Source: Epiperipatus broadwayi
Lineage: Eukaryota > Animalia > Onychophora
Length of the DNA stretch: 64,000 nucleotides
Assembly (NCBI GenBank): GCA_028023455.1
Contig: JAQFVV010000007.1
Coordinates: 682,001-746,000 of the forward strand
Direction: 5' to 3'
The position numbers and the translations under genes are program-made. The stretch's first letter is position 1; the number at the start of each line of letters is the position of its first letter. The notes beneath the pieces are model-generated. The model worked only from the letters and a program-made list of their open reading frames with translations, was not told the DNA's origin and did not search any database. Positions 51,423 to 63,950 of the stretch are shown in pieces.

Positions 51423-53490
51423 CTATTTTAAATCAGAATTTCTTTGTTCTGTTAGTGAGCTGGTTGGCTTAAGTGAAAAGCTGTTAGAAATTTGAGCAGC
51501 ATTTGTATCCATGTCTAGGTTAACTTCTTCAGAATCTATGTCCTTTTTAGTTCTGCCTTTTTTTTGTGATTGTCTATTCCTTCGAAGTATTTGACTTGTT
51601 CTTGTAAAAGTTGAGAATTTCAAGAGTTTTTACAGGTCCAATGTAATGGGGTTGCATCTTCTGGGGCATTATTATCTTCATTTGAATCACTATATTTAGT
51701 TTTTTTGTGAATTGGCATGTATGGAGATTTCTTTTTATTTTCAGGGTTGCTTTTTTGCTTATCCATTGCATTTGATACTTCATTTTTATTTAACTTGTCA
51801 TTCCTTTTAATCTTTTTTACTTTTCTTAATTTTTGTCTACTGACTGCTACTTTTAAATTGTCATCATTTTCTGATGAGGTGTCAGTGCTAAACTTTTCAT
51901 TAGGGCTATCTTCAGGGCTGTCTTCTGTCTTTATATGCTGTGGAGTGTTAGATTCCTTTTTATTTTCAGGGTTGCTTTTTTGTTTATCCATTTCATTTAA
52001 GTCTTTATTTTGATTTAACTTGTCATTCCTTTTAATCTTTTTTACTTTTCTTAAACTTTGTCTACTGACTGCCACTTTAAAATTGTCATCATTTTCTGAT
52101 GAGGTGTCAGTGCTGTCCTTTTCATCAGGGCTATCTTCAGGGCTGTTTTCTGCTTGCATATGCTGTGGAGTATTAGATTCATAGATTGATACTTCCTCAA
52201 CTGTTCTTGCTTCTGATTCCATCCATTTATGTGAAATTTTTACTTCATCAATTGTTCTTGCTTCTGACTATGACTGTTCATGTGGAATATTATTAGGCAT
52301 TGGTGTCACTATGTCCTTGTGAGAACTTATGTTTGGAGTTGATATTTCATCCATTTGTTGATCACTTTTTATAATAGGTACATTTACAGGATTTTGAATT
52401 TTCCTTTGACAATATTTTTTGTTTAGCACATTGATGGTATTTTGTATTTTTAAATCCACAATTTAGGCAATATCTGTTAGGGCAATTCTGGATGAGGTGG
52501 TTCCTGGACTTGCAAGAGAAGCATTGTTAGGGTACTCCCCTGAAGGTGATTATCACAGGTGGGGCATCATGCGAAGTTGGAATGTCCATTGGCTGTACAT
52601 TTTTATTCAAAGTGAAGCTGAACAAGGCAATGTTACTTATTACTGGCTTTGTAGCTTTTTTTTCTAGTAGGTATCTCAAATTTGATACTTGTTCATATCT
52701 ATCAAGAATCTTTTGTAAGTCTTGATTGGTAAAGGTAACATGACAGTTTCTAATTTGGCCCTCTAGCCTCATCTGTTTGTATCAACATAGCAGACAATTT
52801 GTTGTTGATAACCTGAATATGTTTTTTGAAAAATTATTTTTTGTAAAACATTGTGAAATGCCAGGACATGGTATCTATTATTAGGATGGTATAACACTTT
52901 GTAAATCATTCCCCACACGTTTTTTTCTGAGAGAAACTCATAAAACTCATCTATGGGGAATTTCATTATAGAAATATTTAAGTCTGTCATAGATAAAATG
53001 AGTGACTTTTCATTTGTAAATTTTTGAAATGATTTAAAAATGATTGGGGGGATTGTTAGATTGAACTTATTTACTATATCTTGATATTCTTCAGGTTTTA
53101 ATGCATTACTAAATAGTGTAGATTCTGAATTTGCTTGATTAATCATCGTCATCAAAATTAAAAAAATCAGTTATATTTTCTTCATTAATTTGTAATAAAT
53201 TGTCTTCTTTATCTGTATTTTTTTAAAACATTTGCATAGCTACTTTTATTTGTAATCTCATTTCTTTTTGAGATAAGATCTTCAGATAGCCTGGAGCTTT
53301 CTAAATTTAAAGATTCTTCCGTTGTCTGAATTTCAGTAAAATTAGATTTACTTATCTTTTGACAATCTGATAAGGCTTTAGAACTTTTTTTAGAAATTCC
53401 TTCCATGCAATCCTTATCAGGATTAAAATTTATATTAGAATTTTCTAGAAATAAATCTTTTGTTGAACTATTTGAATTATTATTTAACAT
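51423..53490 (-). pseudogene. Element B ORF1, fragmented, with a 225-bp internal tandem duplication
   Basis: ORFs 53209..53490, 52769..53155, 52527..52772 and 51620..52222; SNTPQH...PENKK is repeated (52180-51956 and 51955-51731). Confidence 0.9.
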
Positions 53491-53687
53491 ATATTTAGAA
53501 AATCACTTATATTTTCACCAATTTTATAAGAAATTTGCTCTCAGTGAGTTTACCTTGAGTAGAAAAACTTCCTCTATTCAATGGTATAGGTTTTGTTATC
53601 CAATTCTCAGTAAAACTATGAAAAATTCTTCTTCAAAAATGAGGTGATGTAACACTTGACTTACTAAGAAAAGCGCCACCTAGTGGA

Positions 53688-53921
53688 CTACTACTACTAC
53701 TACTACTATTACTACTACTACTACAACTACTACTGCTACTACTACTGCTACTACTACTGCTACTACTGCTAATACTACTGCTACTACTACTGCTACTACT
53801 GCTGCTGCTGCTGCTACTGCTGCTCCTGCTCTGCTCCTGCTCCTGCTCTTACTCTTACTCTTACTCCGATTATGACTATGACTACAATTACTAACACTAC
53901 TAATATAATAATAATAATAAT
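53688..53921. repeat. Tract 8: (TAC/TGC/TCC)n grading into (TAA)n; outer edge of the array
   Basis: Direct reading. Confidence 0.95.
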
Positions 53922-54030
53922 TTAACATCTGTGAACATTTTTAATGACTTATACTGCAATATGTATATATATATATAATAAAACAAGTCATAAATTTCAT
54001 AACTTGCTTTTAACCTTGCATTTAAATGAT

Positions 54031-54400
54031 CACTAGATGGAGCTTACCAATAGCTCTAATCAAGCTTTATTTTATAAGTTCTGAAAGAGAAAGAATTCAA
54101 AATCTCTATCAGTAAGTACCTATCTCCATATCAATTGTTTTCAAGCTTGTGGGTCATCCCAATGGAGTGCTGGGACTCTATAAAACACATTACTATCAAT
54201 TTGAAAACATGAACTTTTCAGACACATAAATGTCTTCAAATCCAGCCTTACAAACCAGATAGCTATATGTGTCGAATTCAGCTCAGTTTCACCATATAGT
54301 AATAACCTCTGCAATATAGCTTCGATATAGATTTTGAATTCTTTCTTTTTTGGCACTTATAAAATAAAGCTTGATTAGAGCTACTGGTAAACTCCATCTA

Positions 54401-54403
<3 letters not shown>
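54031..54403. mobile_element. 373-bp MITE with ~80-bp TIRs starting CACTAGATGGAG and AT on both flanks
   Basis: Left end CACTAGATGGAGCTTACCAATAGCTCTAATCAAGCTTTATTTTATAAGT; right end reverse-complemented CACTAGATGGAGTTTACCAGTAGCTCTAATCAAGCTTTATTTTATAAGT. Confidence 0.9.

Positions 54404-54493
<90 letters not shown>
54404..54493. repeat. (TA)n microsatellite
   Basis: Pure TA run. Confidence 0.98.
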
Positions 54494-54497
<4 letters not shown>

Positions 54498-55224
54498 ATT
54501 ACAAGCATAAAGCTAGTCTGGTTGAATTTTGGATTTGGGGTAGTTTTGATTATATATATGAATACGTTTTCAAAAAAGAAAAAACAAAATGGATGTTAAA
54601 AAAATAAAAATGAAAGTTCAGCAGAATCTTATTATATTTTGTCTACTAGAAATTATGTATTTCAATATTACTTTATGGCTAATAGTTGGATGTAGGCAGT
54701 ACCTGTGAGGTTTAGTGCAATGATAGATTACCTTAAGAATAAAAGTTCTTATATTAAAATTCAGCCTGATATTTCTAGTACTCAGACATCATATAATCTC
54801 CTCACCAACATAGAATGTGATTATTGATTAGTGATATTTAAAAAAAATCAGTCAAAACTTATGAAAAAAAATAGTATAAGCAGTTATTATTGCTTTTATA
54901 AATAATAATGGATATTTTCTTAACTTATGACATTCTTCCTATGACTAGATTAACATTGATTTTTTTGTGGACAAATGACTGAGTGCATTCTGTTTGAATG
55001 AATATTGGAAAAAAATAATTTTGAGCATTTAGTAATTAGTGTTTTATATGTACATTCAAACCCTGAATAAGATGGACCAAACAATGAACCTAGATATTTT
55101 GTATTTATTTATTTATGCTCACCAGTATAGCTAGTGCATTGATTAGCAGTAAAACATCAATCATAAATTTAAATTTAAACGTTCTTATATTTATATGTGT
55201 TTCTTCTGATTTAGCTAATTTCAC

Positions 55225-55284
55225 CTTGGTGTTCATCACTTCATCTACTTGTTTATCATACATAGTCATTGTTTTATTATTATC
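55225..55284 (-). CDS. Candidate 60-nt phase-0 exon of an unknown minus-strand gene
   Basis: ttaacag acceptor, AAG|gtgaaa donor and open frame DNNKTMTMYDKQVDEVMNTK; no homology recognised. Confidence 0.3.
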
Positions 55285-58200
55285 CTGTTAAGATAGTGAT
55301 GTATGATGCTTTTTATGTTAAAATATTATTTATTTCTTCTGGATCAATACAATCTTTTATAAATATTTAAATAATACATTAATTGTAATATCATTAAGTA
55401 ATTAGCAAAGTTTACTTATATAAAAAGCATTTTTTTTTCTTTTATTTGGTTTATGATTATACTAAGAACTTCTTTTACCTATATTTAAATATATAGTTTA
55501 ATTTAACATATGCAATTAGCTTTAAGTTATATTAGCAGCTTATATTAAATATATCAGCTCTTTTACTTCTATATAAATTTTAGCATTAGAATAAATGTAT
55601 TGTATATTTTCTGGATTTAAAGACTAATATTTATGTATAATACAATGACTGATTTTTCATTTTATGTATGTCTATCACACATGATAACATTATATGCTTT
55701 TATCATTTTAAGTAATGGAGGCTTTGTTGACACAATTTCTATAACCAACATTTCCTCACTATCCCAAAGATATGATATTTAATTTGAAAATGTTATGAGA
55801 AGAGAGTATATTATTTTTAATTCAAGTTAAATTCAGATCATAGAAGATAAAAGGATTGACAAATGACCATTCTGATTCTCAATGGCATATTATAAAACTT
55901 TAAAGAATAAATAAAGTTAAAATTCTCTTTGAGATTTATAGAATAAAATCTTTCTTTTTGAAGTTTATAGAAAATCTTGTTTAAGATATCATTCTAGTAA
56001 ATGTATATCTTTTAATAGCAAGTATATTTAAAAGTATATCATAAAATGATGAGGCAACCTCATTTTTAAACGAAGCTGAAAAAAAGTCATTTGATGACAA
56101 TATCCTTGTTGTTGCTCATATTATGGCAATCTCATTACTTGTCTATTATTTTCAAAACCAAACACTACATCACTAAAGTTATGGTTTTCTTTAGACAAAC
56201 ATTCTTCTGGTTATAATTCATTCTTAAAATAAACTTGCCTTGAACAGCATTTGTGTGTGCTTATACAATTCAAATAATTTTACAAACTTTTTTCCATTTG
56301 TTTTCTATACTACTTTGATGATAACATATATAAAATCCATACTTTATTGATAACATAGAACATACTTTTTTAATAGCTTTTAATTTATAAAAAATGAAAA
56401 TTTGGAGCCATTTTATACATTTATGAAAATAAGGTGTTATTGCTTTCACCACACATCCACATTAATCTCAAAATATTTCTGAATTGTAAAAGAAAATACT
56501 ACAACTCCTTAATAGCTTTTAATAAGCCTGAGAGATATATAATCTTGTAAATATGTTCTTAATGCACATATATTTGAGAGAATGTATACTACATTCAATT
56601 GTTTTAAATTTGAAAATTACATATCTCAATGATTATTTTTAAAAGATATTTACATTGATATATTTAAAAATTACATAACTCGCATGAACAGCTTTCATTA
56701 TAAAAATACAAAAATAATACATAGCCTTACATGTAGATACTTAAGTTGTCATTTTTCTGATTATTTCTTGCTTTCTAGTCTTTAGACATATCAAATGAAC
56801 CTTTATTTATTAAATTATATATAAACATGTTTGTTTTTTGTTTACAAATTTTAATAATGCATATATTTTGATTTTGATATACATTTCACATTCTGAAAGA
56901 GTAATGAAGGGATGTATGAATACATTTTCATTTCTTCATAGAGAGAACAATAAAGTACATTGTTTTTTTAACTTGTTTTCTTGAAGCAGAAATTCATATA
57001 AAATACAATATTATAAAATCATTGTTTATTTTCAACACTAATTATATCTTTATAACCATTCCATTTTAATTATTACAAGAGTTAAAATAACTATAAAATC
57101 ATAATCCCATTGCAGTCATCACAGAGCATAATACTTTGGGAAATTTTATTTTTGAAGATAAGTATTTACATTATTTTTTAGGCTATTGAGTATTGAGTAA
57201 TTTCTTTTTACAATAGAAAAGCCATGTCAAAAGGAGAAAATAATTTGAAAACTAAAGATTTTTATCTTTAATAGTTGGCAGTTTCTATTTCAAGGAACAC
57301 TTTAAATCATTTGAAAGTTTTTAAAAAGTATTTTGGAGATTGTCCTTTATTGGAAACATATATATTTTACAATATTTTAAAACTTTAAAAACAGTTAAGA
57401 GCAAGCATAAGAAAAGGTGATCATGTGATGTTTATTGGCTTAAAAACTTACTTATTTATGAGTTTTAAAATATGTTTAAATAAATTTTAAAATGATTTAT
57501 TGTGCAATAACTACAAAAGTTATTAATTTATATTTCACAATTATCAGAATTTTATCTGACCAAACATAGATGATTCAGAAACACTTAGCTCTTGAATCTG
57601 CTACTCTGTCACTGTGCTCAACTGCACAGAGATAAATGTGATGGCACTTGAATACAATCAGTATTTGTGCTGGTTATCTTTAAATTCTATTACTTTCTGA
57701 TAGTAGCTTTTTTGTCTTTTACTTTTTAAATATAAAAAATAATAAAAACAAATCTGTAGTATGCTGTTATTGATTACAACTCCATAAAGTCAATCACTAG
57801 AATAATTTCAGTTATTAAATAATTTAGATGAAAAGAAATCGGAATGTGTACATTTTCTTGTTAAAGAAATACGACTTTTTTCTTGAAAAGGTATTTATTT
57901 TTTATTTATGAATCAATCAAATATGAATATTTCCTAAATAATTATGTCTGCCAATGATTCAACCATATACTAAGATCTTTTTCAAAAATGTAATAATTTT
58001 AATACAAACTTACTGTTATATACCAGAAAATTTGGAAAAAATAAAAAGATAGACATTATATTTTACTAACAAATATAAAAACATGATATTTTTGGAAGAT
58101 CATTTTAATATCATTTTCTAAAGAAGAATATAGTATTAATTGAATTTAAATTATTAAAAAAAAATCACAATATCATAATTATCAAAAATATAGGGTAGTA

Positions 58201-58444
58201 CATATTCATTTAAAGTTATGTGAGTAGTAATGTTATATATAAATGCATAAATAGAATTACAGTTTCAATGCATTATCTGCGTTTAAACATCACAGTCTGA
58301 ATCAGTTTTGGTATTTAAACACAGGTAGCCAATTTTAAGTATAATATTTTTTGTATTCCATTTCTAAATGGGTTTTATCTCACATTATGTATGCTTTAAT
58401 ATATATATATATTTCAAATCAGAGGTATGTATATATATATATAT

Positions 58445-59413
58445 AAGTATTTTTGGGTATGAATCGTGTATTATTTTTGATATTTCGACGGACTAGCAAA
58501 ACACCATTATCAAGGTTAACTTTTGAAAGAACAATCGTTAGATCCCAAAGAATAACGTGACTCAGTGCGAGATGAGAAGTGAGATTAAACTTGAAGTAGT
58601 TCAGCATTCACAATATGAGGCTTATCAAAATGTTTATTTCCCTCAGTTTTTTCACCAATTAATTTCAAGATAATATTAGATAAAATGATAGGTTTCCATA
58701 TAGGTGGAATACGTTGTGCTTTGTCAGCCCTATTTAAACCAGTGGGTCTCTTTAATATTTCAATTTACTCTCTCATGGTTCTTAAATCATATCTTTCCAA
58801 ATTAGCAAGTATTTTTGTATTGTCAAAATCAGGTTTGTGACCAATTTCTAAAAAATGGGAAGTAAAAACTGATGTGCTAATTTGTTGATTAAAAGCATTT
58901 TTATATTCCTTAATTCTGACATTTATTCGTCTATTAGAATGTCGGAATTAAGAAACATAGACATGATTTTAATGAAAAAATTAGCACATCAGTTTTTACT
59001 TCCGAGTTTTTAGAAATTGGTCACAAACCTGATTTTGACAATACAAAAATACTTGCTAATTTGGAAAGATATGATTTAAGAACCATGAGAAAGTCAATTG
59101 AAATATTAAAGAGACCTACTGATTTAAATATGTCTGACAAAGCACAACACATTTCAGCTATCATTTTATCTAATATTAACTTGAAATTAATAGGTGAAAA
59201 AATTGAGGGAAATAAACATTTTGATAATCCTCATATTGTAATGCTAAACTACTTCAAGTTGAATCTCACTTCTCATCTCGCACTGAGTCATGTTATTCTT
59301 TGAGATCTAACGATTGTTCTTTCAAAAGTTAACCTTGATAATGGCGGTTGCTAGTCGATCAAAATATCGGAAAGTAATACAAATTAATACATGGTTCATA
59401 CCCAAAAATGCTT
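58445..59413. repeat. ~970-bp near-perfect palindrome (arms ~478 bp, 14-nt spacer at 58924-58937) between TA runs
   Basis: Long identical inverted blocks such as ccattatcaaggttaacttttgaaagaacaatcgttagatc and ggaagtaaaaactgatgtgctaatt; mirrored ORFs 58419..58607(-) and 59061..59303(+). Confidence 0.95.
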
Positions 59414-61499
59414 TTTATCTACATCATATAACCATGAAAACATTATATATATATATATATATATATTGTAACTGATTAAATCTGTTAATGTTGATGATGG
59501 GGTTTATATGTCATCTAATTGATCTGATCAAAAATCAAGTAAAATCTAATTTAATCTAATCTATTCTAGCTCAGTGGGGTCGCCATTATCTAATAAACCA
59601 TCATAAAGCACTAATAATCTCAACTAATGCCTAATTTGTTTAAGCTATATGTAAAACGAAAGAATAATGAGATTATTTGCTCCAGACATCAACAAATCTA
59701 TCACAATTACAAAGTAAACTGCAATGAGCAGTAAAACTGTCTATCATTGCCCTAGACAATAATATATGATTAGGTTAACTATCTGTTTAGCAATTTAATG
59801 AAAATCAAATCCAATCAATAATTAAAGCAGGTTCCAATATACTTTATTAATCTATTGTTATTGTAGTAATTTAAATCTACTTTAGTATTTAATGATAATG
59901 CATTTGATCCAAACAAATGAGCTTCTAAATTATTATAATTGCATTTTATAAAACATTTTTAAATATAGACACTATTTAAATATTGAAACAAAATAATATT
60001 TGACTCAAATATATATTTAGTTTAATAGACATTAAATACAAGGCACAAACATTTCATTGTATCTTTCAATAAAATGATACATAATTATTTCTACTTTAAT
60101 ATTTAATTAACAATATTCTATTGAAATCAACTAGTTTTTATATTATTTTGAAAAACACTTTGAAAACCTATGCACTCCTTTAAATGTTTAAACAAATTAA
60201 TCTACGTCTAGTTTAATAAAAAGCTATAACGTAATGTATAAATAATTTATTCATATCTTCCAAAAAAGCGAAACTTAATTATTCCCTCGTTTATTTATTA
60301 AAATAAAATACTCCATGAGAATTTATTATCAACAATCTATTAGATCATTTCTAACCCTACAATGCCCAATCATATTATATAAAAGATATGTTAAGTTTCC
60401 ATTGGATGTTTAATAACCTATAATTATTAATATTAATTATTGAATCTTCAATAAATCGAATATGAAATTGGTTTTAGTAATAATTAAAATATATGATTAT
60501 AATTCACATCTATTCCAATTCAAAGATAATATTCAATTAAACCAGTTAATGAAATTTTACTCTTTATTTTAGAGAAGTTTAAAAAATATTTAAGATAAGT
60601 TATTGTAAACCAATGATAAACTACGATTTATTTAGATATTTATGATGGGATTAGACAAGCAAAGAAATGATCAACTCTAAGCTAATGACATTTACCTGTT
60701 ATATTGACTAAAATATATGTAAGCAAATACTCAAATGGAGAAATAAATATAAAGCTTATATGTAAATAAGATAAAAAAAATTATAATATACAAAGCATAT
60801 CATATTTTATATTCTAGGTCACTTACCAAGCTAAGTTTGAATCTTGAACTGAATTTTAAATTACAAAATCAACTTATGCAATCCAAATAAAATAATTAGC
60901 AGAGTCTTGGCATTTAAATCAACTTAATTCATTGGATTATATAAAAGAAAATTGGTAAGATTAACAACAAAATATAATAGAAAATTAATCTATATTTCTG
61001 ATTGATTGAATTAATAAAAAAAATGATAAAATTCCTGTGGGTAACTAAAATATGTTGCGAAAACAATAATGACACATATATTTAAAAAAATGAATGAATG
61101 GAGAGATTTTTGGATACCTTACTGAAAATTTTTATATAACAGATACCAAAAACATGTAATTGAATGAGATTGAACCCTATTTGTTCATTAAAATAATAAT
61201 CGATAAATAAATATAAAATAAAATGATATATTTAAACCTCTTGTCTGTGTTCGATGTTTTAAACTAAATTTTATACATACAAAAATCAAATTGGATATTT
61301 AAAAAAAACAGGTTGTATTAATATATATACTCAGACAATAGTTCAAATAATTAGTAAAGAAATCTCTCTGAGCATTTCATTGCCTAAATTCTATTACACC
61401 TAAATATGATTTAAATAAAATACAAATCATCCTTTTAAAATATAAAAAAAAAACAATATGCACACATACTCATAAAAAAAATCATACCTAAATAAAAGT

Positions 61500-63950
61500 C
61501 TGTCCATTTTCATTATCCAGTGATTAATCGTAGCTTATTTATCCTCAGTCCTATGATATAGAGATGAATTTATTTCAGAGAAAAAATAAGTTGAACTTTA
61601 AAGGTTTCATTTCTTTGGCAATAATGTTCAAATAGAATAATCCCGTGAATTTTAATTACAGCCCTTTGTTTCTTTTTCATTTTTAAAGAGGAGAGTTGAA
61701 TTTAACTGGCCTTTTTATAATATAAATTAATCCAATTGATCCTGAATATTTTCTTAGCTTGTAACATGGCATCTATCCAATGCAATAGTAGTTATACTCC
61801 GATTTTTAAACCTGGAATCTCTTTGTTTTAAAAATAGCAGATTTCATACAACACATTTTTTTAAATAGTTTTCCCTTCTAACATTTTGTTGCCATCTTCT
61901 TTGGAACTTTTTGACAAACTGCCATTCAAATGAATGAATGGGCAGCTAATTTAGGTTTTTATTCTTCCATATTTTATAGTTTACAGTTTTAAAAAATTAT
62001 TGAATAATTTTTATTTAAAAGAACATAGAAACACATTTGTTCTTGGCAATGACAAAGAGATCAGAGCCTCTTACAGTCTTTTCTAGCTATTTATATTATC
62101 TCTTTCTGATATTATGGATGTCATGACAACTATTGGAATGCACTCAAATAAATTTCAATGGCAAATGATATTTCACAACAGTTTTCCCACTTTGTATTCA
62201 AGTGTGATGTAAGTTTGGATAAAAATGGATACATGGAAATGAAATCTAAGCTTTATATGATTTTTCCTATTATATTTAAACCAAAATACAGAATTGATAT
62301 TACAACCTTGATTCACTTTGTAAATATAAATAATTTACATATATTTTTTAATAGTAATAATTTTTTTAAATTAATTTATAAACAAATATACATGACATTA
62401 AAACATTGAATTATATGTAATAATGTTACTATGGTTACTACAGAAACAGAAATAAAAATATGTAAAAAATAATATGGATCCTATTTCAGTAAACTTTTAT
62501 ATCATAATAAATTGTTTCCAAAATGTATTTATTTGCCTGTATGTTTTTCTTGAGTTTGATTATAACAAATTTAGTATTTTGAAGCTAAAATTAGCAGTAA
62601 ATAATACTATATAAAAAGCTTTAGGTTGCCATGGTTATCAATTTAAACTTATATTTTCAAGATCTCCCATTATCCATTTATCAAGTAAAAGAAAAACCAA
62701 ACAAGATCAACAAACTTCTTTATTTTTTTTAAATACTTAGATCATTAATGTGATTATTCACCACACCTCCCATCTACAGGGGAAAAAATAAAAGAACTTT
62801 TCCTTTCTCTTAAATCATTAATCATTTAATATATTAACTAAAAATTTCAAATATCCTATCCTCATCAAAGCAATATAGAATTTGTTTATTCCTTTTATCC
62901 TTATCTTCTTAGTAAACTTACATGCATTTTTTTTAAAAAATCTATCACCTATTTGGTATGATCACATCTGTACGTTTGTTTTTTTAAATAAATTATATTG
63001 GATTTCACAATTAAGTTTTTAGATCTTTATATTTTTCTTAGCAACTTCCTTAACAACAATGCACTAAAGTTAGGGTTAGATAAAAGGTTTATTATATCTT
63101 TCATGGAAAGTAAACATATCACAAAGAAAAATTCATTTATAGAGCCAAACATTATTAGTTATTCTCTAATAACCATATATTTTCATTACATTGGTAAAAA
63201 TATATCCATACGTTTTACTTCCTTAAAACTTAACAATAGCTTTTTTTGTAGACATATCTGTAGTTCATTTCATTGACACTACTATGGGTCTAAACTTTAA
63301 ACATTACAATATTATCATGAAAATGAGAATATAACTTTAATGAATACCCTATTTTTATTCAAATTCTGCTTTGGACATTGAAAATACCATCTTTAAAATC
63401 ACTTTTCTTATAAAATAAAATAAACAAATAAAATCAACTTTCACAATGAGCTGGAGATTCAAAACAACAGAGATATCCCATTTTAAATCACTTCTAATAC
63501 TAAAATAAACTGACTAAATGTTAACCAAATCTAATTTTAATTTCTGGAGGATCTGGCAACTACTTTGTGAACTCAGTTGTGCCCAACATTGATCCTAATC
63601 AGGGACCTTTATGTTTGATTAGCTTTATTTTATACAGGTTAGGGAAACTACTGAACATTTCTTTTTTAAAATTATAACTCATATCAAAGTATAAATTCTG
63701 CCATCAAGGATTTCTTCCCACCTGCTATTCATAATAAGTCTGGGACATCCATTGATTTCAGGCTTCAATATAAATTCATATAGAGTTTTGAGCCACAACA
63801 CACATCTATAGTTCTGCCAACTCCCTCTAAGAAAAGACTTAATCATACAAATAATTACAATTTACAATTAGAACAGACACCCTCTATGTCTCCAATGCAT
63901 TTGATCATCCACTCATCACCATAAGTCAATTTTACAAGGTCTAATGTTAA
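61500..63950 (-). mobile_element. Decayed LINE remnant (APE-like and RT N-terminal-like)
   Basis: Stop-interrupted SPL*K*KRNKGL*LKFTGLFYLNIIAK resembles the RT motif P.HKKG.....NYR.ISLLN. Confidence 0.35.
62087..62208 (+). CDS. Weak candidate exon, possibly a later part of the cNMP-domain gene
   Basis: ttttctag acceptor, gtaagt donor and open frame LFILSLSDIMDVMTTIGMHSNKFQWQMIFHNSFPTLYSSV; it overlaps a LINE remnant, so it may be chance. Confidence 0.2.

Larger units (their letters stand above)
47656..53687 (-). mobile_element. Element B: full-length but decayed L1/Tx1-like retrotransposon in (TAG)n
   Basis: Colinear with A: ORF1 (LYHPNNRY, CFSCKSRNHLIQNC), APE (NVRGIN...GDFN...SDH), RT (PQGSPLS, YMDD) and zinc finger CQLCNKEEETTEHFISQC; many stops and frameshifts. 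Confidence 0.95.

Noticed and set aside
31027-53921. Telomeric retrotransposon array
   Set aside because: Non-array sequence flanks both sides and a host exon lies 2 kb away, so the array is interstitial; the HeT-A/TART similarity is architectural only.
54079-54111. Apparent 33-nt exon with ag and gtaagt boundaries
   Set aside because: It lies inside the left TIR of the MITE and is mirrored at ~54322-54372.
57811-57873. Possible cNMP-gene exon (MKRNRNVYIFLLKKYDFFLEK)
   Set aside because: Only a weak DFF resemblance, and it does not join the upstream exon to give the conserved FGE motif.
59567-59577. tRNA A-box TAGCTCAGTGG
   Set aside because: No B-box or cloverleaf downstream.
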